From Okeania sp. (lineage in GTDB: Bacteria; Cyanobacteriota; Cyanobacteriia; Cyanobacteriales; Microcoleaceae): 32,000 bases of DNA. Location of the stretch: contig NZ_JAYKGW010000182.1 of the NCBI RefSeq assembly GCF_035285525.1, positions 1 to 32,000 of the forward strand, given 5' to 3'. The position numbers and the translations under genes were made by a program. Below are positions 17,025 to 26,569 of this stretch, one piece after another. The notes below the pieces were generated by a model. The model had not been told where the DNA came from. It did not search any database and saw only the letters and a program-made list of their open reading frames with translations. Within the stretch, counting starts at the first letter, position 1. Every line of letters starts with the position of its first letter.

Positions 17025-17110
17025 GACTTACCCATGAACGCTATTGGTAGGGTTTTTTAGCGGTAGCGTAACGCACCAAGAATCTATATATAGTGTCTTT
17101 GCGTAAGTCC
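17025..17110. mobile_element. MITE-like element of the GACTTACGCA family (copy C, short form)
   Basis: GACTTACCCATGAACGCTATTGGTAGGG...CACCAAGAATCTATATATAGTGTCTTTGCGTAAGTCC. It lies in the hpsA-hpsB spacer. Confidence 0.65.
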
Positions 17111-17193
17111 TGTTTTAGTTAACTTTTACTCGTAATTATCACAATAGTAACCATCGTCTTCTTTGTCTGGACGATCTATGGCATTGTCACTAC

Positions 17194-20100
17194 CTACTTT
17201 GGAACTACTTTGGAAGATAACAACGCTTTAACCCAGTCATCGTCCAAACTTACTTCCCGATAATATCTGTCTGGTTCACCACTTGAGTCTTCACCACTCT
17301 GCTGTTGAGCGAAGTAGTCAGGAGCTTGGGAAAGCAAACCCACATCATATCCCCAGTTACGATCTGGTGGTAGGAAGTATCCTATTCGAGCGCCTGCATT
17401 GTTAACAGTATAGTTGTTAAGTTTATATGAACCTCTATATCCAAAACGACTATTTGCACCTTGTTGACCGTTTATACCATTAGGTGGAAGTTGTGGAAAA
17501 GGTGCGGTAGCATAGGCACTACGATTTAATTGAATAAAACTACCAGTGATGTTAGTATCAGAATTATTACTATTACCTGTTGCCCAGTTTTCTAGGAAAC
17601 GAGGCAAGTTTTGTAAACCACCATTGGCTTCTGGAGGACGAGGAGGTACGTCACCAGACCCTACTACTAAGTTAAATGTTGTACTTCCAGAAGCTCTGGT
17701 TAGCCATTTTGATGTACTGTTTAGCGTTTTATTACTCAGATTTAGGAATGTGGGTTGTGTCGCTTCAGGAGTTGTTGTTGGTAAATAATTTTGCAGAACA
17801 GGTACTAACAGAGGTTGTTGCACTGTTCCTACATTTGCGCTGGTCTCCACTAATGCACGCCAATAAAACAAAGGGTAGGTGTTACCATAATCTGCGTCCG
17901 CAGTTGGGTCGGTAATATTGCTAGAAGTTCTAAACCAAAGAGCGTTAGAAGTTGTTGGAGGTACACTAGGATAGGTATACAATGCAACTTTTTTAGAAGA
18001 ATCTATTCCCAGTGGAATCGCTACACCATTTGCATCTAATACTAAGTTATTAGTATTTCGTTGAAATGCTATACGACGTGGATAACGACGGTCATCAGGG
18101 TTTAGTGCAGGGCGAGCGGTAGTACCTGCAATTAATTTATTGACACTTTGGTTTACTACTTGACTTGCTATTTCTTTACCAGTACCATCACTTAGACCTA
18201 CAAACCAATCAACAGGTTGACAAGAGGATACAGGCAACTTACGACACATCTCCATTACATACTCTGGAAATTCTCCCCGTCGCTGAACAGGTGTTACATA
18301 GTTATTAAAATAAGAACTGTTGACAGCATCACCAGTATTAGTGGAGTAGTAACTATCTGTCATTGGTGTAACTGAATTTGGAGTAGGAGTAGCACCGTCA
18401 GTTGGGTTTCCCCCAGCGTCATAGGTTACTTCATTTACTGTCGGAGGTGTACCTGTTGCGGTAAAGTAAGAACCACTACTTAAACCATTAGTAACAAAAT
18501 TATTACCATAGAAACCGTTTAACATCCGAGCGCCAGCAACAGTAATATTAGCTTCAGGCAAAGCTGCGTTTGTAATAACACCATCTCCATCCAAGTCAAA
18601 ACCTAATACTCCCTCATCAATATCTGTCTGGTCGCCGTCACCATTTAGGTCTGTAGCTGCTACTGTTTCATCTAAACCTAGACTTGCATCTGAAGTATCA
18701 TTGGTATTAAAGTCATATCCTGTTTGTGTGCTATTAAATACAACCTTAAAATTACCAGCATTATTTCTGAGATCAAAATCTCCTTCATTACGAAAACCAG
18801 TCCGAAAACCTGAATCTAAGTCATTAGGATTGTCAGACAACAAGGTAATGGCATCTGCCAGTACATTTGCCGGACGCCAACTATCCCCTGTGGTACAACC
18901 AGAAATCCTGGGGTCTCCTTTGCGACAAGCAAAATTCTGATTTATCTGAGCTGCGGTACGAGTGTAAAAATTGCTCCAGTTAGTTGTTAAGTCTTGAGTA
19001 AACTCTTGTTGAGTGTGAAGATTAAACTCACCGTGGATATAGACTGGTAAATTGCTTACCAAAGTCAAACCTTTTTCCTTCACAATATCTTCTACTTTAC
19101 TAACAGCAGTATCATTTTGACCATCATCATTTTGATCATTCCTTGCTAAACGTTGACCATTAATCAACATGATACCATTAGGTCGTCGAGTCGGATCTAA
19201 TTTATAATCTGTAGCACTAAGAGCAGCACTAATATCCTCATCTATAGCATTATTATCTGAATTAGGTGTGCGATCGCTTCTATCTGGTAAAGCATCATCA
19301 CGGCTAACATAAATAATACCACTATTTGGCAGCAAATATTCTGGTGACGGTCCTGTAGTTATCGAAGCATTGAACGGAATCTCCTGCTCTCTCATTTGAT
19401 TCAAATCTAGTTGAGTCAAACGAATTTCTAGAGGTTGCCGTTCCTCTAAGAACAAATCATACTTTGATGTTAAATTTGCCGGAGCTGCCAAAGTGCTAGC
19501 GAGGGTAAAAGTTTCATCCACAGTAGTTGTCGGATCGTCAGCATCCATCGCCTTTACTTGTCTAGCATCCAATAGAGTTACTTCTTTGATAACACCATGA
19601 TTGATTGTTACTCCAGTTGAGGGAGTAGTAGTAGGAGCAAAAGTACCTCCCGCCAATATGTCTAGAGAGCAAAGAGTAGAATCTATAGCTGCCTGTTCTT
19701 CTAGGGTAAGATCGCCATTGTCAGATAATCTTTTTAAAGCTTTTCGCAAAGGTCTATTAGCAAATCTGCCATCTGGAAAAACCATATTCGCTTGTTCTGC
19801 GAGTGCAGTTGGAGTTGTATTAGAAAATAAACCTGTAGCCGCAGTAAAAGTTGCTGTCGTTGGTCTAGCTGTCTTGGGTGGTGGGTAAACTACACCATTA
19901 TTAGATTTACCATTTGCTGTTGCACCAAATCCTACATCTGGTAATTCTGTACCTGTTGGTGCGAAGTTTGCTGCTGTTATGCTGCTCGTTGGATCGTAGT
20001 AACTACTAATACAAGCAATAGGTTTTTGGTCATTGTCTACAGGATCGCCATTAGGATTGATGGGGTCTTGTGCGTAGTGATATAAAACTGTTGCCCGCAT

Positions 20101-22188
20101 CTGGAGATCACCCTTCGTAGGTGGAGCATTTGGACTAATGAAAGCTGAAATATCTTGCCATCCGCCCCCAACAAGATTGGCATTGTCATAGACTAGACCA
20201 TTAGCACCAGGTGACATTGGCATTGTATCCGGCCAGACAACTGTATATTGTTCAGTTACTGTGGTAGTTGCCGGGTCATCATATAGGGACTCATCCACTG
20301 TTGTCGTTCCTGGATCATCTATTCTTGGAGGTGGCAGAAAAGAATCAGTACGGGAATAAATTCCTGCTCCTGTAACTATACGCAAACCACCAATACCATC
20401 TAAACTCGCTTCTGGTACTTGCCCTGCTTTCCTTTCCCAGAAACCATTCCGAGCTGTAGAACCTACAGCAGGTAGTTCTGTTACACGAGGTATACGAGTA
20501 CGAACAGGAGCATCAATGAGGTTTCCACTGTCATCAACCCATTTTCCTCCTGTTGTTTGTTCGGAACTAACAAACTCCGAACCATTCCACCATGTAGCAG
20601 GTAGATTATTTCCTACAAGTATACGTTCTCCCAAAAATTGTTCTGGGCGATCTTCTTCATCATTTGGTACTCTAGCTTGTAATTGATTTACATCTAAGGT
20701 TATTTTAGTTTCAGTATCTGTGGGCAGTATCCATTTGTCTGGTGGTCGAAGTGTATCCCCACTACCTTCTGGAGTTTCTGTAGGGTTATAATCAACTTTA
20801 GCACTTACTTCTCCAAAAGGCACTTTTCTAGTTCGATCGCGGAAGTAAGTGCCTAGTTCTTCACGACGTATTTCTGTTCTCCTCTCTGCATCATCCGTTC
20901 CTTCGTCTTCCATCCTTTGATTTACCTTTTCTATTACTGCTTCTTCAGGATCGGTTGTTTCCTGTTTTTTCATCTGATCTTCAACCATAACACTAATGCG
21001 CTTTTCGTATGCGTTATTGTTATATATTGTATCGTATGCAGTTTCATTATTAACAGACTGATTTGTAGTGCTAATCACTTGATCTGTTTTGACATCACTC
21101 CCATTACCCTGAAATAAATCCACTGCCACATTATTTCTCTTACTGCTACTTGACATTCCATTCACAACATTTCCCCCAACAATTATCTTGCTATTTTCTG
21201 CTTGATAGAAGCAAGACTCATCACTACTTACCTGGTAGGAGCGTAAAACGTTGTTATAGGGAGAAACTACTAAATTACTATTTGTTAACATCCTCCCATT
21301 AATGCGAAAGGCAGGACCGGGAGATATTTCTAGATCGTCCTCATATACTACAGCGTTGTTAGTTAGAGGCAGTCTTTTCCAGTCTTCTTGATATTCCAGA
21401 GCTGTAATACCTGGATTTACTGCTTTTCCATTCATTGGAACAGTTATAATATAAACAAAAAAACTTTTGGTTAATTTACCATCTAATTTGTACCAACCAG
21501 AATCTCCTACTAAGCTAGCACTACTACCTAAAGCTCCTTCACAACCTTGATTTTGCAGCACTCCCAAAGGTGACATTGGTGGAGTTCTGGCTTCTAGAGG
21601 TCTTCTTTTTCTCTTAAATTCAGTTCCATTACGTGGGGTACGGAAAAAGATACCATAAATTGTGTAGCTATCATTAGTTTCATCGTTGTCTGTATCAACA
21701 GGAAATCTCCATGCAGTTGTAATTTTTTCATCATCCTCTATAGTATTATCCTCATCTAAGTCGTAACTTACCTCTAATTTTTCTTCATCCCCAAATTCAT
21801 ATCTATTACTTGCTAAAGTTGAGTTAAGAACATCATCTGATGGTGTTTCTCTTGGTAAAATAGGGTCTTCTCTCAATAAATACTGAATTTTAGCTCTAGC
21901 TCGATCTAGAGCAGGAGTAGCAGCACTGAGAGCTTGCTGACTTACCCTCACGTTTCGAGCTTGTTCTGCTCGATCAAAAGAACGAAGCAATATTGCTGTT
22001 GTCAGTAACAATACTACTATCATTACCATTGTGGCTGTCGGCAATACAAGTCCAGCAATAGAAGCATTAGCAATATTTTTTCTGCTCAGAGCGATCGCTC
22101 TTACTAATGCCTTTTTTAGTAGTCTTAATTGTTTGCCTATGGTTCTGACTATGTTGTTAATGTTTTTTAATATACTATGGTAATACAT
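17194..22188 (-). CDS. hpsA: Giant hormogonium-polysaccharide protein HpsA-like (membrane-anchored, 1664 aa)
   Basis: Single N-terminal hydrophobic anchor GLVLPTATMVMIVVLLLTTAILL without a G|FTLxE cleavage motif. The rest is a long Thr/Asn/Asp/Pro-rich extracytoplasmic region. It is immediately followed by three pseudopilin genes, the arrangement reported for hpsA-D in Nostoc punctiforme. Confidence 0.8.
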   Translation of the reverse strand: MYYHSILKNINNIVRTIGKQLRLLKKALVRAIALSRKNIANASIAGLVLPTATMVMIVVLLLTTAILLRSFDRAEQARNVRVSQQALSAATPALDRARAKIQYLLREDPILPRETPSDDVLNSTLASNRYEFGDEEKLEVSYDLDEDNTIEDDEKITTAWRFPVDTDNDETNDSYTIYGIFFRTPRNGTEFKRKRRPLEARTPPMSPLGVLQNQGCEGALGSSASLVGDSGWYKLDGKLTKSFFVYIITVPMNGKAVNPGITALEYQEDWKRLPLTNNAVVYEDDLEISPGPAFRINGRMLTNSNLVVSPYNNVLRSYQVSSDESCFYQAENSKIIVGGNVVNGMSSSSKRNNVAVDLFQGNGSDVKTDQVISTTNQSVNNETAYDTIYNNNAYEKRISVMVEDQMKKQETTDPEEAVIEKVNQRMEDEGTDDAERRTEIRREELGTYFRDRTRKVPFGEVSAKVDYNPTETPEGSGDTLRPPDKWILPTDTETKITLDVNQLQARVPNDEEDRPEQFLGERILVGNNLPATWWNGSEFVSSEQTTGGKWVDDSGNLIDAPVRTRIPRVTELPAVGSTARNGFWERKAGQVPEASLDGIGGLRIVTGAGIYSRTDSFLPPPRIDDPGTTTVDESLYDDPATTTVTEQYTVVWPDTMPMSPGANGLVYDNANLVGGGWQDISAFISPNAPPTKGDLQMRATVLYHYAQDPINPNGDPVDNDQKPIACISSYYDPTSSITAANFAPTGTELPDVGFGATANGKSNNGVVYPPPKTARPTTATFTAATGLFSNTTPTALAEQANMVFPDGRFANRPLRKALKRLSDNGDLTLEEQAAIDSTLCSLDILAGGTFAPTTTPSTGVTINHGVIKEVTLLDARQVKAMDADDPTTTVDETFTLASTLAAPANLTSKYDLFLEERQPLEIRLTQLDLNQMREQEIPFNASITTGPSPEYLLPNSGIIYVSRDDALPDRSDRTPNSDNNAIDEDISAALSATDYKLDPTRRPNGIMLINGQRLARNDQNDDGQNDTAVSKVEDIVKEKGLTLVSNLPVYIHGEFNLHTQQEFTQDLTTNWSNFYTRTAAQINQNFACRKGDPRISGCTTGDSWRPANVLADAITLLSDNPNDLDSGFRTGFRNEGDFDLRNNAGNFKVVFNSTQTGYDFNTNDTSDASLGLDETVAATDLNGDGDQTDIDEGVLGFDLDGDGVITNAALPEANITVAGARMLNGFYGNNFVTNGLSSGSYFTATGTPPTVNEVTYDAGGNPTDGATPTPNSVTPMTDSYYSTNTGDAVNSSYFNNYVTPVQRRGEFPEYVMEMCRKLPVSSCQPVDWFVGLSDGTGKEIASQVVNQSVNKLIAGTTARPALNPDDRRYPRRIAFQRNTNNLVLDANGVAIPLGIDSSKKVALYTYPSVPPTTSNALWFRTSSNITDPTADADYGNTYPLFYWRALVETSANVGTVQQPLLVPVLQNYLPTTTPEATQPTFLNLSNKTLNSTSKWLTRASGSTTFNLVVGSGDVPPRPPEANGGLQNLPRFLENWATGNSNNSDTNITGSFIQLNRSAYATAPFPQLPPNGINGQQGANSRFGYRGSYKLNNYTVNNAGARIGYFLPPDRNWGYDVGLLSQAPDYFAQQQSGEDSSGEPDRYYREVSLDDDWVKALLSSKVVPK

Positions 22189-23001
22189 ACACTATTCCTT
22201 GGCCTTTAACATTATTGTTATTGTTAGATTAAGATTTGTTATTAAGGGTTAAGATATTAGTTTTTATTGTGCCCATATTGACTCGAAAAAATCACACTGC
22301 TAAAGTTTAATTCTTCAATGTAAATATTTTAGATTTACTAAACTAAGAGAAAAACTGTTCTACTTCATTTTATTCTCAGCCTACAATTTATTCTACCTAT
22401 GCTTCAGTTTGTATGTTTTGCTATTTTAGCATATTCCTAAAGGGAGGAATAAAGGTGAATATAATCACAAAATTATGATTTAACTAGGGTTTGCTGAAAA
22501 AGTCTTATTGTTAAAGTAGGCAGTAGTCGAAATTGAATTGATAAACCACATAGGGTTTGCTGAAAAAAGCAGAGTGTGGAGAGGGTGGAAATACGGAGAT
22601 AGTAGAAGCAACAATTTTTTACCCTTGAGTTTGCTTAAAGTCCTAACTTTTTGGTAACTTGGGCTGAAAAATTTGCACTTTTTATAGCCTTTAAAAAGGC
22701 TATAATTATTAGTATTTTATTAATTGATCATGACCTCTCCCTGAAAGGGAGAAAATTGCCTAAAAAGAAAAGATTTATTTTTTCCCCCTGAGAAAGGGAG
22801 GTTTCAAAGCGCGAATTATTTAATTATTTAATTATTTCGGTAAAGACTATTATATTTATTTAGGAAGCCCCACATAGATAAATATAACTAAAACACTCTT
22901 GGGATGTCTTATTAGAGGTATCTACTGTGGTCTTAAGAAATTAAAAATTCTGTAATAAAGTTGACTGTAGCTGATAATTGAAATAGCAATTTTCTAGATT
23001 T

Positions 23002-23829
23002 TTATAATTTTAATAGCTCTAAATTAAACTCATAAATACTATCTAAGATATATTGTTTCTGAAACTCATTAAATATTTTATTAAATTTATCAGAGCCAGA
23101 TTTTTTAATTTTACCGCTTACCCTTCTTCCCGCCTTTTCTGAACTCAAATATTTAGCTACTTTCCCATAATCTGCTATCATTCTCTCTTCAAATTCTACA
23201 TTTAGAAAATCACATATTTTTTTGAGAATAGCAGCAGGCTCTACAACCAGTTCCTCATAATTAACTAAAATATGATTAGATTTGTGAGAATGCTTCAGAC
23301 TAATTTCTATTGACTCTTTCCATCGTTTTAAACAAAAGTCTATATCCCATGGTTTGTGCCATTCTTGAGGATATTTATGAGTCACTTCATACAGGGAAGC
23401 TACCACATCAGAACCATTTCTTAAAATATGAATCATTCTGGCTTCAGGCAACATCTTTTCTATATAATCTAAAGAAAGTAGATGCTCTGGTGTTTTTTCC
23501 AACCACACACTCTTACCTTCTTCTAGAGTTAAAATATTTAATACTTTAATAAAGCTACGAGTATATAAATCTAGAAGTGGAATCTTAGGGAAATATTCTA
23601 ACATTTCTGGACGATTAATTTCATTTTTAAAATATTGATTTAGATGTTGTTTTAAGTGCCGTGAAATTAATCCCAATTTTTTTCTATTTTTACCTATTCC
23701 ATAAAAGAAAAATTTTGTTTCAGGAAAAGAAGCTATTGCAGGGTGAGTTGCCAATAGACTTTGTAATAATGTTGTTCCAGAACGAGGACATCCGAATAGG
23801 AAAATTGGTGCTTGAAGTTTTTGTTTCAT
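23002..23829 (-). CDS. Sulfotransferase (PAPS-dependent family)
   Basis: 5'-PSB loop FLFGCPRSGTTLLQS and a 3'-PB-like ILRNGSDVVAS. The ATG at 23829 (MKQKLQAPIFLFG...) is preferred over the TTG at 23844 used by the ORF track. Confidence 0.85.
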   Translation of the reverse strand: MKQKLQAPIFLFGCPRSGTTLLQSLLATHPAIASFPETKFFFYGIGKNRKKLGLISRHLKQHLNQYFKNEINRPEMLEYFPKIPLLDLYTRSFIKVLNILTLEEGKSVWLEKTPEHLLSLDYIEKMLPEARMIHILRNGSDVVASLYEVTHKYPQEWHKPWDIDFCLKRWKESIEISLKHSHKSNHILVNYEELVVEPAAILKKICDFLNVEFEERMIADYGKVAKYLSSEKAGRRVSGKIKKSGSDKFNKIFNEFQKQYILDSIYEFNLELLKL

Positions 23830-24275
23830 AATTAACAATAACAATAAACTAATCTAATAATATAGTAATCCTAAATAGGTGGTGACAAATTAAAAGGTAA
23901 ATACAAAAAGCTGAAACTCTTATTTATAGCAGTTAAGCGTTCCTTGTTCCCGAAAAGCTTTTGAATTTTGTACACGAATCAAATAGGATTGCTATATTAT
24001 TTATTCAACCAAACTTGTACAAAATACTACCAACTATGCCATATATACGAACGAGTTCTTAATCGTACTTTCTTTGTGAAATTAAAGTTGAGCCATAACT
24101 CGTTTTAAGTTAAGCAAATTAGATAAACTTTCCTGATACTAAGGGGTTAACCTTTACTGTTATTGCGTTATTGTAATTGGTACACTAATGGTAGTTGTCT
24201 ACTCTACCTGATCGATAATGTTTCAGTACATTTGAAAGAGTCATGCTATTAATCAGCTTAAAAATTATCAGCGAT

Positions 24276-25229
24276 CTATTTTTTGTTTTTGGTAAATAGA
24301 TAAAAACTATAAAAAGGACTGAGGAAGCTACCCCAAAAGAATTCTAATTCAAAAGCTGGAATTAAATCTTTTCTAACTCGACCACGGTACTTAATCAAAT
24401 GCAGAATTATCCGGCGCGAACTTCCCAATAATGTTCTTACAAATAGCATGGGTTTTTCCCAGTTTTTAGCATTAATTGTTAGTAGGAAATAAGTTGGTAA
24501 ACCACAAGCACGACTTAAGGATAATAAATAATCTTTTTCTAATCTATGAGCAGGTATTTTATGATAACTTTCCATCTCAGGGTTGTACCAAATTTCCCAA
24601 CCATTCTTGTAGATATATAATAATAATTCATAATCCTCTGAAGCCACCATTGAACTACCAACTCTACCACTTAAAGTCAAGCGATCAGGAACAGATTCAT
24701 TCCAAGCTTTTTTACTAATTACTAATGAAGCTGTGGTTGGTAAATTCAACCTATTTGGTTCAAAAAGAAGGGGTTTAGAACCATGTTCTCTAATAGACAA
24801 AAAAGGGTATACTTCTTTATATTCTGGGGGTAATTCGACTTCAAAATCACCATGAATTTGACCACCTATTGCTCCAGCTTGAGGATGAGTTTGACAAAAA
24901 GCATAAGCAGCAGATATCCAATTTTCTGTGGGCAAAACATCATCATCTAGAAAACCAATATAATTGCTTTTTGCTTCTTTAATAGCTTTCAAACGAGCAA
25001 ATGCTGCTCCTTGTTGATGTTCAAAAAAGTATTTTATAGAGACAAATTCCGAAAAGCGAGATTGATAGTCTTGAACTATTTCCGAAGTATTATCGCTACT
25101 ATTATTATCAACTACAATTACTTCCCAAGAAATATTTTCTGTATTAATTTGCGCTCGCAACTTCTCTAAAACTAAGGGCAATTTATTTGCCCCATTATAT
25201 GTTGGTATAGCAACGGTAAAATCTAACAT
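24276..25229 (-). CDS. hpsE: Family-2 glycosyltransferase, HpsE-like
   Basis: 317 aa. GT2 motifs are present: MLDFTVAIPTYNGANKLPLVLEKL, VIVVDNNSSDNT, and the DxD motif in IGFLDDDVLP. The N-terminal pattern matches my recollection of HpsE-annotated proteins. Confidence 0.6.
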   Translation of the reverse strand: MLDFTVAIPTYNGANKLPLVLEKLRAQINTENISWEVIVVDNNSSDNTSEIVQDYQSRFSEFVSIKYFFEHQQGAAFARLKAIKEAKSNYIGFLDDDVLPTENWISAAYAFCQTHPQAGAIGGQIHGDFEVELPPEYKEVYPFLSIREHGSKPLLFEPNRLNLPTTASLVISKKAWNESVPDRLTLSGRVGSSMVASEDYELLLYIYKNGWEIWYNPEMESYHKIPAHRLEKDYLLSLSRACGLPTYFLLTINAKNWEKPMLFVRTLLGSSRRIILHLIKYRGRVRKDLIPAFELEFFWGSFLSPFYSFYLFTKNKK

Positions 25230-25329
25230 TATTTTTCACACTTAAACCTATTTTAGATTCTATTTCATCAGTATTCTAATTTAGAGCAACTTTATTCAAA
25301 TAACCACTTTTCAATATCAAAATATAGCA

Positions 25330-25360
25330 GAAGAAAGAAGGAAGAAGGAAGAAGGAAGAA
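25330..25360. repeat. GAAGGAA heptamer array (left block)
   Basis: GAAGAAA GAAGGAA GAAGGAA GAAGGAA GAA, read directly from the sequence. Confidence 0.85.
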
Positions 25361-25471
25361 TCTGGCGTTGTCTGAGTTTTCAGCTTTTGAACTGTCCGCG
25401 CCCTTTGCTTCGACTGCTGTAACTATATACTACTGTATAATATCATGTCTGGTAGCATCGGTATTGCAAGT

Positions 25472-25491
25472 GAGAAGGAAGAAGGAAGAAG
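25472..25491. repeat. GAAGGAA heptamer array (right block, same orientation)
   Basis: GA GAAGGAA GAAGGAA GAAG. It lies about 110 bp after the left block. Confidence 0.8.
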
Positions 25492-25628
25492 CTTTAAGAG
25501 AAGAAAAAAACCTTATATGGCGGTAGATATTTCTCTAACTTTTACACTGGACTATACTAACGGACATGATATAATAATTATTAATAGTAACAATTTCAAT
25601 GGAGACAGACTACTACTAAGCCAATATA

Positions 25629-26567
25629 TTAATTCTGGTAATAACCCAACTTTTCTAGCAGTTCACCAGCTTCTAAGTATATTTGTTGAAGTTGTTCTTC
25701 TGATAATTCCCTTTTCCAATTACCAATAGAATCAGTTCTAGCTTTACTAACAACTGCATGAAACAAATTACGAGATTGAGAACTAGAAATACCTAAGTAA
25801 TTTAACAGGCGATCGCCTTCTTCTATGGGATTATTAACTAAAGATTCATATCTCAGTTCGTGATATTTTTCTGGCCGAAAATTGGAGAAAGCACCCAACG
25901 CTGTTTCTGTATGCCGTCGCCAAGCCCAGATACAACGGTGAATATCTGTAGTCTCTTGAAATTCTTGACGTCTGTCTACCTCTACCCAAAATCTCGGATA
26001 AGGGCCATAGGGATATCCTCCAGACTCACGTTGACTTGATTTGGCCTGAGCTGCCTGTAACCAAGGTTTTTTGCTATGGGAAAGAGCTGCATCTCTACCA
26101 TCTCTAATAATATGGATAAATTGAGCTTCAGGAAATGTAGTGGCCAAAAAATCTATGAGAAAACAATTACGAGGGGTTTTCTCAGCAAAACGAAGGTCGG
26201 CATCTAGGTGGAGTCGCATTAACCAACTATAAACGGAACCATAAAACCATTTACCCTTTGTTATTCCCCAATTTTTTTCATAGATATAGCGAGCAGCAGC
26301 TTTTGTGGCCACAGGTTCAAAATGATAAGAAATTTCTGGCAGGGAACCTAAACAAGTCCCCAGGAAAGTTGTGCCAGAGCGGGGAGACCCAATAATAAAA
26401 ATTGGTCGTCGTAAATTTGGTATTAGCAGAGAGAGCAAGCGACTGGAAGAAATAGGACGTTTTCGAGATTGATATTTTTTCCGGTCTTCTTTTGCAGTTT
26501 TTTTAGCCCATTCTAAAATATTTGACCAGTTAATTTCGGTAGTTTTTGGGATATTCTGAAGTTTCAT
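25629..26567 (-). CDS. Sulfotransferase (PAPS-dependent family)
   Basis: 312 aa with IIGSPRSGTTFLGTCL (5'-PSB) and IIRDGRDAALS (3'-PB). Its ATG is 2 nt downstream of the preceding GT4 stop. Confidence 0.85.
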   Translation of the reverse strand: MKLQNIPKTTEINWSNILEWAKKTAKEDRKKYQSRKRPISSSRLLSLLIPNLRRPIFIIGSPRSGTTFLGTCLGSLPEISYHFEPVATKAAARYIYEKNWGITKGKWFYGSVYSWLMRLHLDADLRFAEKTPRNCFLIDFLATTFPEAQFIHIIRDGRDAALSHSKKPWLQAAQAKSSQRESGGYPYGPYPRFWVEVDRRQEFQETTDIHRCIWAWRRHTETALGAFSNFRPEKYHELRYESLVNNPIEEGDRLLNYLGISSSQSRNLFHAVVSKARTDSIGNWKRELSEEQLQQIYLEAGELLEKLGYYQN

Positions 26568-26569
26568 AT

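Noticed and set aside
17546-21117. Five plus-strand track ORFs (66-95 aa) inside hpsA
   Set aside because: They are antisense to a long, coherent 1664-aa ORF and have low-complexity products, no RBS and no motifs. They are typical shadow ORFs.
22428-22442. Minus-strand AGGAATATG upstream of hpsA as a possible hormogonium sigma-factor (SigJ J-box, GGGAATACT-like) promoter element
   Set aside because: It matches only 6 of 9 positions of the consensus as I remember it, in an AT-rich region where such matches are expected by chance. It cannot be supported without TSS data.
25445-25729. 94-aa plus-strand ORF
   Set aside because: It begins in the heptamer-repeat spacer (EKEEGRS from the GAAGGAA units) and ends antisense to the sulfotransferase C-terminus.
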